A DNA stretch of 64,000 nucleotides, from NCBI GenBank assembly GCA_018402635.1, contig JAGYIP010000003.1, positions 12,849-76,848 on the forward strand. Direction: 5' to 3'. A model generated the notes under the pieces. The model searched no databases and was not told where the DNA came from. It saw only the letters and a list, made by a program, of their open reading frames with translations. This DNA comes from Burkholderiaceae bacterium. GTDB taxonomy: Bacteria; Pseudomonadota; Gammaproteobacteria; Burkholderiales; Burkholderiaceae_A. Shown one piece after another: positions 28,028-38,699 of this stretch (position 1 is its first letter; every line of letters begins with the position of its first letter). The translations under genes and the position numbers were made by a program.

Positions 28028-30482
28028 ATGTCGATTGCACTCATTCTTATCGCCGCCATTTTGGCAACGGTGGTCTGGCTGTGGAACTCTCCAAACCAAC
28101 GGCGCAGGCTGTTAACACGGCCCATATACGAGGCTTTTAAACGCGCCCTTCCAAGCATGTCGGAGACCGAGCGTGCAGCCCTTGAGGCTGGAACGGTCTG
28201 GATTGAGGCCGATATTTTTAAGGGGCGACCCGACTTTCATCGGCTTGCCCAGCTGGCCGCGCCAAAGCTCAGCCCCGAGGAAGAGTCTTTCTTAAACAAA
28301 GAGGTTGTTGAGGCCTGCCGGCTTGTAAATGAATGGACGGTCTCGCACGAAACCTACGACATGCCGCCGCAGGCCTGGCAGTTTATTAAAGACAAGGGCT
28401 TTCTGGGCATGATTATTCCGAAGGCCTATGGCGGACTTGAGTTCTCGGCCTATGCCCAGTCGCAGATTCTTGCGCGGCTCTCTACCCGGTCTTCGCCCTT
28501 GGCGGTATCGGTGATGGTGCCCAACTCGCTTGGCCCTGGCGAATTACTTCTTCACTACGGCACCGAGGAACAAAAACAGCACTACCTGCCTCGGCTTGCA
28601 AAAGGCATTGAGGTTCCTGCCTTTGCGCTGACCAGCCCATGGGCGGGCTCGGATGCCGCTGCCATTCCCGATGTCGGCATTGTTTGCAAGGGCCAGTGGC
28701 AGGGTCAAGAGGTGGTGGGCATGCGGGTAAGCTGGAACAAGCGCTACATTACGCTTGCCCCGGTATGCACCGTGCTGGGTCTGGCCTTTCGGCTGTACGA
28801 CCCCGAGCGGCTTATGGGCGAAACCGAAGACCTGGGAATCACCTGTGCCCTGGTGCCGCGCGACCTTCCCGGTGTTGCCATTGGCCGCAGGCATATTCCT
28901 TTAAACACCTTCTTTATGAATGGGCCTACTCAGGGCAGCGATGTCTTCATGCCCCTTGAGTTCATTATTGGTGGGCCCGCCATGGCCGGTCAGGGCTGGC
29001 GCATGCTTATGGAATGCCTGTCGGCCGGCCGGGGCATCTCGTTGCCCTCGGCCAATACGGGCATCTCGCAGCTGGTCTCGTTCTATGCGGGCGGCTACAG
29101 CCGCGTGCGCAGCCAGTTCAAAACACCCATTGCCCGGTTTGAGGGCATTGAAGAGCCTCTTGCGCGTATTGCAGGCTTCACCTATTTAAACGATGCCATT
29201 CGAACCTTGTCGGCCATGGCCATTGACTTAGGCGAGAAGCCCTCGATTGTCTCGGCCATTGCCAAATACCATGTCACCGAACGCGCCCGCATGGTTGTGA
29301 ATGACGGCATGGACATTGTTGGCGGCAAAGGCATTTGCCAGGGGCCTTCCAACCCACTGGGCATGGCCTACCAGCAGATGCCTGTCAGCATTACGGTGGA
29401 AGGCGCCAACATTCTGACCCGCAGTCTTATTATTTTTGGTCAAGGCGCTGTGCGCTGCCACCCCTATGTGCTTGCCGAAATGCAGGCTGCACGCATGAAC
29501 AACGACGAGGGCCTGGTTCGGTTCGACAAGGCCTTCTGGGCTCATGTGGGCTTTGCAATGACCAATGGTGCCAAGGCTCTTGGCCATGGGCTTACGCGTG
29601 GCGTTTTCGCCAAACCCTATGGCCCTGTGCCATCGGCCTTTCAGGCCGAGGCCAAGAAGCTTGTGCAGTTCTCGGTGGCCTTTGCCTTTCTTGCCGACAT
29701 GGCCATGCTTAGCCTTGGAGGAAGCCTCAAAGCGCAAAGAGAAAATCTCTGCGCGGCTGGGCGATATTCTGTCGATGCTCTTTGCAGCAAGCTGCGCCAT
29801 TAAGCACTTTGAAATATTAGGCGAGCCCGCGGGCTTAAAGGCCACTGCCCAATGGGCGGTGCGTGACTGCCTGCACAAGGCCGCCCAGGCCTTTGGTGCG
29901 GTGCTTGCCAACTACCCCAACCGAATTCTTGGCAGGCTGCTTGCCGCATGGCTTTTCCCCTTGGGCATGGGACAGCGAGCGCCGTCGGATGAGCTCGGCC
30001 GTCGTGCGGCTGCAAGCATTAGCTCGCCAGGCGAGGCCCGTGACATTCTCACCTCACTTTGCATTGGGACGGATCAGCACAAAGACCCAATTACTGCACT
30101 TCAAAAGGCACTTGATGCACTGCTAAAGGCCGAGCCCATTGATGCGCGCATTCGAGCTGCCGAGAAGACAGGCCTTTTTCGCGGCCATCCCATGGCCAAT
30201 GTGCGCGACCTGCCCAGGCTTGCTGCAGAAAAAGCGGTTATTACACCTGAAGAGCTTGAGCAGCTCTTGGAGCGCGACCGACTGCGTGACGAGGTTATTC
30301 ATGTGGACGACTTCCCCTTCACCATTCATGAGGCTCGGCAGGGTGTCGCACCGACCACTGGCAAAGCAGGCAAAACCAGCGCCCGCCAGAAGTCCGCGAA
30401 GATCGACGCTGGGAGCGCTGAAAGCGCTGAGAGCTCCGACACACCAGAGACCCCGCCCGCTTCTCAACGAAAGGCTGCCTAA
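28028..30482 (+). CDS. fadE: Acyl-CoA dehydrogenase FadE, long type with C-terminal extension (frameshift at 29729-29731)
   Basis: PSMSETERAALEAG, VMVPNSLGPGELL, FALTSPWAGSDA and ITVEGANILTR motifs; continues as RKEKISARLGDILS in the next frame. Confidence 0.92.
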
Positions 30483-30485
30483 GCC

Positions 30486-31790
30486 ATGAGCCAATCTTCA
30501 TCTTCTCGCGCGGTCTATCTTGTTGACGGCATGCGAACGCCCTTCTTAAAAGCAAAGGGGGCACCCGGGCCCTTTGCGGCCTCCGACCTTGCTACCGCTG
30601 CCGCGCAGGCTTTAATGCTGCGTCAGCCCTTTGCCGCGAAGGACTTAAGCGAGGTCATTCTGGGCTGTGCCGCCCCTGCTGCCGAAGAGGCCAACATTGG
30701 GCGCATTGTGTCGCTGCGTATTGGCTGTGGCGAGAAGGTTCCCGCCTTTACCGTGATGCGCAACTGCGCCTCGGGCCTGCAGGCCATTGACTCGGCCATG
30801 CTGAACATTCAAATGGGCCGCTCGGAGCTTGTGCTAGCAGGTGGGGTGGATGCCTTGTCGCGCACACCCTTGCTTTATGCCGATGCCATGGTGCGCTGGT
30901 TCTCGGCCATGGGCCAGAAGAAGACCTCCATGCAAAAGCTTGGCCACTTCACTCGGCTTCCCATGGCGGCCATGTTCGCCCCCGTTATTTCCATTCTGAA
31001 GGGTCTGACAGACCCGGTGGTGGGCCTTTCGATGGGCCAGACCGCAGAAAACCTTGCCCACCGGTTTGGCATTACCCGCCAAGACATGGACCTCTTTGCC
31101 AGCCGCAGTCATGTGCGTGCGGCCCGCGCGCAGGAGCAGGGCCGCTTTGCCAACGAGCTTGCACCTCTTATTGATTCCAAGGGCACGGTCTACGACCGCG
31201 ACGATGGCGTTCGGGCCGATTCCAACCTGGAGGGCCTTGCCAAACTTCGGCCGGTCTTTGATAAACCCTATGGCAATGTCACGGCCGGAAACAGCTCGCA
31301 GGTGACCGACGGGGCGGCCTGGGTCGTTCTTGCCTCCGAGCAGGCGGTGAAGGACCATAAGCTAGAGCCCCTTGCCCGACTGGTTGATCTTCAATGGGCG
31401 GGGCTTGACCCGGCGCAGATGGGCCTTGGCCCCATTCATGCGGCAACCCCACTTCTGCAACGCCATAAGCTCAAGATAGACGACATCAACCTTTGGGAAA
31501 TTAACGAGGCCTTTGCCGCGCAGGTGATTGGCTGTCTGCGGGCCTGGCAAGAGGGGCGCTATGCTCAGGACCAACTGGGCCTTGCCGCGCCCATGCCCGG
31601 GCTTGATGAAGAAAAACTTAATGTCGATGGAGGGGCCATTGCCATGGGTCACCCGGTGGGCGCTTCGGGCGCGCGCATTCTGCTTCACCTTGCCAATGCC
31701 ATGAAGGCGCGTGGTGAGAAGAAGGGTCTGGCCTCCATTTGCATTGGCGGGGGCCAGGGCGGTGCGGCCTTATTGGAGGGCTGCGCATGA
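30486..31790 (+). CDS. fadA: Acetyl-CoA C-acyltransferase (thiolase, FadA/FadI type)
   Basis: RNCASGLQA, NEAFAAQ, GHPVGASG and CIGGGQG motifs. Confidence 0.93.
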   Translation: MSQSSSSRAVYLVDGMRTPFLKAKGAPGPFAASDLATAAAQALMLRQPFAAKDLSEVILGCAAPAAEEANIGRIVSLRIGCGEKVPAFTVMRNCASGLQAIDSAMLNIQMGRSELVLAGGVDALSRTPLLYADAMVRWFSAMGQKKTSMQKLGHFTRLPMAAMFAPVISILKGLTDPVVGLSMGQTAENLAHRFGITRQDMDLFASRSHVRAARAQEQGRFANELAPLIDSKGTVYDRDDGVRADSNLEGLAKLRPVFDKPYGNVTAGNSSQVTDGAAWVVLASEQAVKDHKLEPLARLVDLQWAGLDPAQMGLGPIHAATPLLQRHKLKIDDINLWEINEAFAAQVIGCLRAWQEGRYAQDQLGLAAPMPGLDEEKLNVDGGAIAMGHPVGASGARILLHLANAMKARGEKKGLASICIGGGQGGAALLEGCA

Positions 31791-33802
31791 ACACGTTCTG
31801 GAGACTTGAAACCTGCTCCAAGGGCATTACCTGGGCAAGCCTTAATGTTGAAGAGGCAAGCCTGAACAAACTGTCGGCCGAGGTCTTGGACGAGTTTCGG
31901 CAGATGCTTGATACCTTCGACACCACCCCGCCCAAGGCCCTTGTTCTTCAGTCTGGAAAATCAAGCGGCTTTATTGCGGGTGCCGACATTGAAGAGTTCA
32001 AAAGCCTTGACAGTGCACAGAAGGTTCAGGGCCTTATTGCCCGAGGCTGGCATCTGTTTAACCGTTTCGCCAAAGTGCCCTATCCCACCCTTGCCCTCAT
32101 ACGGGGTGTCTGCCTGGGCGGTGGGCTCGAGCTCTCGCTGGCCTGCCGCTACCGCATTGCCGTGGACCATCCAAGCACCAAGCTTGGCCTGCCCGAGGTG
32201 ATGCTGGGAATTCTGCCGGGATGGGGCGGCATGAAACGCCTGCCCGAGCTTGTCGGCCCGCAGCTTGCCCTTGACATGATGCTGACTGGCAAAAGCCTTG
32301 ATGCACGCCGCGCCAAGAAGGCTGGGCTGGTGGACCTTGCTGTTGCAGAGCGTGTCGCGCAACTGTCAGCGGAGCAGCTTGTGCTCTCTGGCCAGCCACG
32401 AGCGCGGGCCACGGGTCTGAAGGCCTTGCTGAACCAGCCCTTGCTTCGGCCCTTGGTTGCACGCATGGCTCGTAAACAGGCCATGGCGAAAGCACGTCCC
32501 GAGCACTACCCCGCCCCCTTTGCCATTATCGATACCTGGGAGAAAGCCGATGGCGACAGCCTGAAAGATCCAAGCCTTCTTGCGGGCATCGTCAGCACCC
32601 CCACGGCCCTTAACCTGGTTCGGGTCTTCTTCCTGCAAGAACGACTCAAGGGCATTGGCAAGGCCGGGCGATCGACCGAGAAAGGCCACCTGCATGTGGT
32701 GGGCGCCGGCACCATGGGTGGCGACATTGCCGCCTGGGCAGCCTTGCGCGGCTTTCAGGTCACCCTGCAAGACCAAGACCTTTCACGCATTGCACCCGCC
32801 TTTGCCCGTGCCCACACCTTGTTTAGCCGACGCATTCGCGACCCCTATCTGCTGAAACAGGCCAAAGACCGTCTGCAGGCCGACCCGCAAGGCCATGGCA
32901 TTCGCAAGGCCACTGTCATTATTGAGGCGATTTTTGAGAACCTGGAGGCCAAACAAGACCTTATTCCGACGACTTGAGGCCGAGGCATCCCCCCAGGCTA
33001 TTTTGGCAACGAACACCTCAAGCCTGAAGCTTGAAGACATTCGCAACTGCCTAAAGCAACCCGAGCGTCTTGTGGGCATCCATTTCTTTAACCCCGTTGC
33101 CCAAATGCCGCTTGTGGAAGTCGTTCACGCGCAGGGAACGCGCGAAGACTGTTTGAAGGCTGCAACGGGGTTTGTGCGCGACCTTGACAAGCTGCCCTTG
33201 CCCGTCAAGAGCGCACCGGGTTTTTGGTGAATGCCGTGCTTGCGCCCTACATGCTTGCAGCCATGCGTCAGGTTGATGCGGGGCTGTCTGCTGCCAGTAT
33301 TGATGCCGCCATGACCCGGTTCGGCATGCCCATGGGGCCACTTGAGCTTGCCGACACCGTGGGCCTGGATATTGCACTAGCAGCGGGCTCGGCCATTGCC
33401 CAGGTCAGTGGCGAAGACCTTAGCTTTACTGTGCCGCTCTGCCTGAAAAGCCGGGTGGATGCCAAGCAACTGGGTAAGAAGACTGGCCAGGGCTTCTACC
33501 TTTGGAAGGACGGCAAACGTGAGGATGCAAACGACTCGAAGGCCGCGGGCGCTGGGACTTCGGGTAGCCAGGAGGCTCTTGCCCTAACGCTTATTGAACC
33601 CTTAATAGCTGCTGCCCAAGAGCTAGTTCGACAGGGCGTGGTGGAAGATGCCGACCTTGCCGATGCAGGCATTATTTTTGGAACCGGCTTCGCACCCTTT
33701 CGAGGGGGTCCCTTGCACTGGTGGTCAAGCCAGAGCAGCGGGCAGGGTAAGGCTGCTGCCAAGACCGAAGCAGCAGCACCTGCCCAAGCCGTCTCCTCGT
33801 AA
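31787..33802 (+). CDS. fadJ: Multifunctional enoyl-CoA hydratase / 3-hydroxyacyl-CoA dehydrogenase (frameshifts near 32960 and 33221-33225)
   Basis: FIAGADI, CLGGGLE, LGLPEV and VVGAGTMGGDIA; then ATNTSSL and GIHFFNP; then PMGPLELAD and IFGTGFAPFRGGP across three consecutive frames. ATGA overlap with the thiolase. Confidence 0.88.
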
Positions 33803-33805
33803 GCC

Positions 33806-34498
33806 TTGGCTGCCTTTCGTTTCCCCTGGCTGTGGAGGCTCTCGCCGCGATGGCGGGCGCGTCTTTTGCACTGGGGTTTTAATGTCTTTCCCGCATTCCG
33901 GGGAACAGGAGGCAGGCTTATTTCTGTAAGCCCCGACTTTCTAACCATTACAGCAAGGCTGCGCTACAACTGGCGCACCAAAAATATTATGGGATCGGTC
34001 TATGGGGGCTCCTTGTTTGCCGTCACCGACGGCCCCCACCCCATCATGCTTATGGCAGCCCTTGGGCCTGAATCCGTGGTCTTGGACAAGGCAGCGAGCA
34101 TTCGTTACCGAAAGCCCGCCTACGAGGACCTGACGGTTCAATTCCATTTCAGCCCCCAGGAAATACTGGAAATCGAGCATCGACTTAAACATGAAAACGA
34201 GTTCGAATACGAGGTGAAAGCCGATTTAACCGGTAAGGACGGGTCTGTCTTTGCCACAGTGGAACGAACGTTGTATGTCACAACACGGCAGTACATGGCT
34301 GAAAAGCGAAAGGCTCGACAGGTATCTCAGGCTCAAGGCCAGGCCCAGGCCCAAGCTCAAGCCCAGACTCAGGCCCAAGCCCAGGCCCAGGCCATAAGTA
34401 ACGCAGCAGACCCAGGACGCTTTGAAGCACAACAAACCGTAGGACGCCCCAAGGAGACGGATGATGGAGAGGATTTGGTTAAAACAGTACCCCCCTGA
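33806..34498 (+). CDS. Hotdog-fold thioesterase (DUF4442/PaaI-like) with a Gln-Ala tail
   Basis: FNVFPAFRGTGG, TKNIMGSVYGGSLFA and DKAASIRY motifs. Confidence 0.78.
   Translation: MAAFRFPWLWRLSPRWRARLLHWGFNVFPAFRGTGGRLISVSPDFLTITARLRYNWRTKNIMGSVYGGSLFAVTDGPHPIMLMAALGPESVVLDKAASIRYRKPAYEDLTVQFHFSPQEILEIEHRLKHENEFEYEVKADLTGKDGSVFATVERTLYVTTRQYMAEKRKARQVSQAQGQAQAQAQAQTQAQAQAQAISNAADPGRFEAQQTVGRPKETDDGEDLVKTVPP
34328..34393 (+). repeat. Coding hexamer repeat, 11 units, mostly Gln-Ala
   Basis: caggct caaggc caggcc caggcc caagct caagcc cagact caggcc caagcc caggcc caggcc. Confidence 0.9.
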
Positions 34499-36140
34499 GG
34501 TGCCTGCCTCAATTAGCACCGAATCAATTCCTTCACTCAGCCACCTTATTGATGAAGCCCTTGCCGAGTTCGCTAGCCAGACGGCCTACATCAGCATGGG
34601 CAAGTCCATGACCTACAGCGAACTCAACGACATGGCAGAGGCCTTTGCCGCCTGGCTTCAGTCGCTAGGCCTTGGACGAGGCGACCGCGTTGCCCTGATG
34701 ATGCCCAACCTTCTGCAGTACCCCATTGCCCTGGTGGGTACCCTGCGTGCAGGCTGCGTGGTGGTGAACTGCAACCCCTTGTACACCGCACGCGAGCTTG
34801 AGCATCAGCTGGTTGACTCCGGTGCCACCACCATTGTCATTGTTGAAAACTTCGCACATACCCTTGAGAAGGTCATTCATAAAACAGCCGTGCGCAATGT
34901 GGTTGTCACCTCGCTTGGTGAGATGCTAGGCGGGGCCAAAGGCCTTATCGTGAACCTGGTGGTGCGCCATGTGAAAAAACTGGTGCCTGCCTACAACCTG
35001 CCGCAGGCCATTGGCTTTAAAGATGCCCTGAACCTGGGCCGTGGCCACACGCTTAGCCGCCCCTCGCTTGGGCCAGAAGATATTGCTTTTCTTCAATACA
35101 CAGGGGGAACCACGGGTGTCTCAAAGGGGGCCATTCTTACCCATGCCAATATCTCAGCCAATGTCTTGCAGGCCGAGGCCTGGATTAAACCTGTGGTGCG
35201 CCGTGGGCAAGAATTCATTCTTACAGCCTTGCCGCTCTATCACATCTTCGCGCTTACAGCGAACTGCCTTACCTTTATGCGCATTGGGGCCCAGAACCTT
35301 CTTATTACCAACCCCCGCGACATTCCAAACTTTATTAAGGAATGGGCGAAGTACCCGGTCTCCACCATTACCGGTGTGAACACCCTTTTCAATGCGCTGC
35401 TCAATAACCCCGAGTTTAAGAACCTGAACTTTTCCAGCCTCAGGCTGACCTTGGGCGGAGGCATGGCTGTGCTAAAGCCCGTGGCCGACCGTTGGCATGC
35501 CACCACCGGGGTGGTACTTAGCCAGGCCTATGGGCTTACCGAGACCTCGCCTGCGGCAACCATTAACCTCATTACCGAATCGTTCAATGGCTCCATCGGG
35601 CTTCCTATCTCGTCCACCGACGTCTCCATTCGGGATGACGAGGGCCGCGAACTTGCCCAAGGCGATATTGGCGAGATCTGCATTAAGGGGCCACAGGTGA
35701 CCCCGGGCTATTGGAACAGGCCCGATGAGACCAGCCTTATTTTTACAGGCGATGGGTATTTAAAGACGGGCGATCTGGGCTATGTGGATGAGCAGGGCTA
35801 TGTCTTTATTGTCGATCGTAAAAAAGACATGATTTTAGTCTCGGGCTTTAATGTCTACCCCAACGAGGTTGAAGAGGCAGCCGCAGAGCACCCGGGCATT
35901 CAGGAGGCGGCAGCCATTGGTATGCCCGACCCTCAGTGCGGCGAAGTGGTTAAACTCTTTGTTGTTCGCAAAGACCCCGCGCTTAACGAAGAGGCCATTA
36001 TTGCTCACTGCCGCAGCCTTCTTACCAACTACAAGGTGCCCAAGCACATTGAGTTTCGTGATGAACTGCCCAAGACCAATGTGGGCAAAATCCTTCGACG
36101 TGCGCTGCGAGAGCCTGTCACGTCGGAGATGACGAACTGA
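34461..36140 (+). CDS. fadD: Long-chain fatty acid-CoA ligase
   Basis: WLKQYP, LQYTGGTTGVSKGA, YGLTETSP, TGDLG, DRKKDMILVSGFNVYPNE and LPKTNVGKILRR motifs. Confidence 0.95.
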   Translation: MMERIWLKQYPPEVPASISTESIPSLSHLIDEALAEFASQTAYISMGKSMTYSELNDMAEAFAAWLQSLGLGRGDRVALMMPNLLQYPIALVGTLRAGCVVVNCNPLYTARELEHQLVDSGATTIVIVENFAHTLEKVIHKTAVRNVVVTSLGEMLGGAKGLIVNLVVRHVKKLVPAYNLPQAIGFKDALNLGRGHTLSRPSLGPEDIAFLQYTGGTTGVSKGAILTHANISANVLQAEAWIKPVVRRGQEFILTALPLYHIFALTANCLTFMRIGAQNLLITNPRDIPNFIKEWAKYPVSTITGVNTLFNALLNNPEFKNLNFSSLRLTLGGGMAVLKPVADRWHATTGVVLSQAYGLTETSPAATINLITESFNGSIGLPISSTDVSIRDDEGRELAQGDIGEICIKGPQVTPGYWNRPDETSLIFTGDGYLKTGDLGYVDEQGYVFIVDRKKDMILVSGFNVYPNEVEEAAAEHPGIQEAAAIGMPDPQCGEVVKLFVVRKDPALNEEAIIAHCRSLLTNYKVPKHIEFRDELPKTNVGKILRRALREPVTSEMTN

Positions 36141-36877
36141 TTGATCTCGGTGTTATTCGCTTCTGGGAATTTTTACTTGGCACGGTTGTTATTGTTCTTC
36201 TGCCCGGGCCGAACTCACTTTATGTTGCAACCGTAGCGGCCCGCCAAGGGCCCGGCCGCGGCTGGCGGGCGGCCTTTGGTATTTTTGCGGGCGACACGGT
36301 TCTTATTGTTGCAACTGCCGCAGGCGCTGCCTCACTTATTCATCTCTTTCCATTGGCCTTTGAGGGCTTCAAGATTGTTGGGGCGCTTTACCTGGGATGG
36401 ATTGGTTTTGAGCTGCTGCGTGCAGGATGGCAGCGGCGAACGCAGAGCGAATCAAGGGCAGACAGCATCACCATGGCCTCAGAGACATTGTCGGCGCCGA
36501 CGCCCGCAGCGCCAGCGCCAGCGCCAGCGAATTCGGCAACAACCCCTGCGGTGTTAACCAGCTTGGCAAGGCGAGCGCCCTTGCATGAGGATCCTTTTCT
36601 TCGGGCCCTTGGGCTCTCACTCACAAACCCCAAGGCCATTCTTTTTTTTCTTGCCTTTTTCACGCAGTTTGTAAGCCCAACCGCAGACTCGGTAGCCCTT
36701 GCCTACTTTGTTCTAGGGCTTGTGGTGCAGATTGTTAGTCTGAGCTACCTATGGATGCTGATTGTTGCCGGCCACAGGCTTGCGCGACAGTTTGAAGAGC
36801 ATCCCCGCTGGGCAGGTGCTGGCCTCATGCTTGTGGGTGCCTTCTTTATTGGCTTCGCACTGAGGCTGATGAACTAA
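36137..36877 (+). CDS. leuE: LysE-family exporter, leucine efflux LeuE type
   Basis: The 36353 ORF frame is open upstream to 36137: LIDLGVIRFWEFLLGTVVIVLLPGPNSLYV...GIFAGD; also SLTNPKAILFF. The apparent start is CTG, 8 nt after GGAG. Confidence 0.85.
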   Translation: MIDLGVIRFWEFLLGTVVIVLLPGPNSLYVATVAARQGPGRGWRAAFGIFAGDTVLIVATAAGAASLIHLFPLAFEGFKIVGALYLGWIGFELLRAGWQRRTQSESRADSITMASETLSAPTPAAPAPAPANSATTPAVLTSLARRAPLHEDPFLRALGLSLTNPKAILFFLAFFTQFVSPTADSVALAYFVLGLVVQIVSLSYLWMLIVAGHRLARQFEEHPRWAGAGLMLVGAFFIGFALRLMN

Positions 36878-38682
36878 ACCTGAGTAAAGGCACAGGCCTG
36901 GTCGTAGGCCTGTTGACCTGCCTTCACCGCATGAACAAGCCCAAGCTGCGGCAGCAAAACCTGCTGGCAGTAAAAGCTTGCCGACTGAAGCTTGCATTCG
37001 TAAAACGGGGCCTGGTCTTTTTTGTTGTAGGCCACAAGGGCGGCACGACCCATCATCCAGCCACCCAAGACAAACCCCGAGAGCATGACCAGCGGCACCG
37101 ACCCCATAAAGGCCCCCACCGACTGCTGCGTCTGCAGGGCCTCAAGGCTTGCATCAATAGACTCTTGAAGTACGGCGCTGGCTTTCAATAAAACGGCGCC
37201 CATGGCCTGACAGTCTTTATGCTCATGGCCTGCAAGCTGCCGTGCTGTTTCTTGCACCTCCGATAAAAGCTTCTTCGCCTCAGAGCCCTTGTCGCGCGCA
37301 AGTTTTCGGCCAAGAAAATCGTTGGCCTGAATGGCCGTAGTGCCTTCGTAGATGGTGGTGATGCGGGCATCACGAAAGTGCTGGGCGGCACCAGTATCTT
37401 CCACATAGCCCATTCCGCCATGCACCTGCACAGCCATGGAGGTGAGCTCAATGCTTGACTCGGTGCACCAGGCCTTAACAATGGGGATGAGAAAATCGCC
37501 GCGGCTTTGGTAGGCGGCCGCCTGGCTGGGGTCGGGGCAGTGTGCGGCCAGATCGAGCATGGCTGCGGCCTCGTAGGAAAGAGCCCGCATGGCATCGATG
37601 CGCGATTTCATCTGGCCTAAGAGGCGGCAGACATCGGGGTGATAGGCAATGGGCCTGGTCTGAGTTTGTGCAAGCACCTTGCCCTGCACGCGCTCATGGG
37701 CATAGGCCAGGGCCTGCTGATAGGCCCTGTCTGCAATGGCCAAGCCCTGAATGCCTACCTGCAGCCTTGCATCGTTCATCATGGTGAACATGTATTCAAG
37801 GCCGCGATGCGGCTCGCCCACCAGGTAGCCAACGGCGCCCGAGGCCTCACCGTAGCTCATGACCGCCGTGGGGCTGGCATGGATACCCAGCTTGTGTTCA
37901 AGTGAGACGGTTTTAAGATCGTTGGCCTCGCCGAGATCGCCGGTGGCTGTAACAAGCTGCTTGGGCACAACAAACAACGAAATACCTTTCACTCCCTCGG
38001 GCGCATCGGGAAGTCGGGCAAGCACCAGATGAATAATGTTTTCGGTAAGGTCGTGGTTGCCGTAGGTAATATAAATTTTGGTGCCATGAATGCAGTAGCC
38101 GGGCTCGCCTGAGGGCCCTGGCTTATTCAATGGCCAGGCCTTGGTGGCAACAGCTGCAAGGTCGGAGCCTGCCTGCGGCTCGGTCAGGTTCATGGTGCCT
38201 GCCCACTCCCCCGAAACCATCTTGGGCAGATAAAGGCGCTTTTGGGTCTCGCTGCCGTGGCGCTCAAGGGCATGAATGGCGCCCGCGGTAAGCATGGGGC
38301 ACAGGGCAAAGGACATGCAGCTTGCGTTCCACATCTCGTTTACCGCAGCCGCCACAAGCTGGGGAAGCCCCTGACCACTGTGCTCAACTGAACACGAAAG
38401 CCCATTCCAGCCCGCCTCAACGAACTGGCTGTAGGCCTGCTTAAACCCCGGCGCGCAGCGAACCTCACCCTGGGCATCGACCTGGGCGCCTGACTGATCT
38501 CCCACCACATTCAAAGGCGACAAGACCTCTTGCGAGAACCGCGCAGCCTCAGATAAGACCGCCTCGGCAAGACTGGGCTCGAGATCGCCCTGGCCAGGAA
38601 GCGCCGCCACCTGATCGAAGGCACAGAGCTCGGTGACCACAAACTGCATGTCTGTCAAAGGGGCGCGGTAGTCGGCAGGCAT
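36874..38682 (-). CDS. Acyl-CoA dehydrogenase (~600 aa DmdC/FadE5-like class)
   Basis: YRAP, GTMNLTEPQAGSDL, GTKIYIT, GVKGISLF, EHKLGIHASPT and IYEGTTAIQANDF motifs. Confidence 0.92.
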   Translation of the reverse strand: MPADYRAPLTDMQFVVTELCAFDQVAALPGQGDLEPSLAEAVLSEAARFSQEVLSPLNVVGDQSGAQVDAQGEVRCAPGFKQAYSQFVEAGWNGLSCSVEHSGQGLPQLVAAAVNEMWNASCMSFALCPMLTAGAIHALERHGSETQKRLYLPKMVSGEWAGTMNLTEPQAGSDLAAVATKAWPLNKPGPSGEPGYCIHGTKIYITYGNHDLTENIIHLVLARLPDAPEGVKGISLFVVPKQLVTATGDLGEANDLKTVSLEHKLGIHASPTAVMSYGEASGAVGYLVGEPHRGLEYMFTMMNDARLQVGIQGLAIADRAYQQALAYAHERVQGKVLAQTQTRPIAYHPDVCRLLGQMKSRIDAMRALSYEAAAMLDLAAHCPDPSQAAAYQSRGDFLIPIVKAWCTESSIELTSMAVQVHGGMGYVEDTGAAQHFRDARITTIYEGTTAIQANDFLGRKLARDKGSEAKKLLSEVQETARQLAGHEHKDCQAMGAVLLKASAVLQESIDASLEALQTQQSVGAFMGSVPLVMLSGFVLGGWMMGRAALVAYNKKDQAPFYECKLQSASFYCQQVLLPQLGLVHAVKAGQQAYDQACAFTQV

Positions 38683-38699
38683 AGCAGGCTCCTTGAGGG

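Noticed and set aside
28028-33802. Programmed frameshifting or phase variation in fad genes
   Set aside because: No slippery heptamers or long repeat tracts; the same kind of break occurs in unrelated genes across the window.
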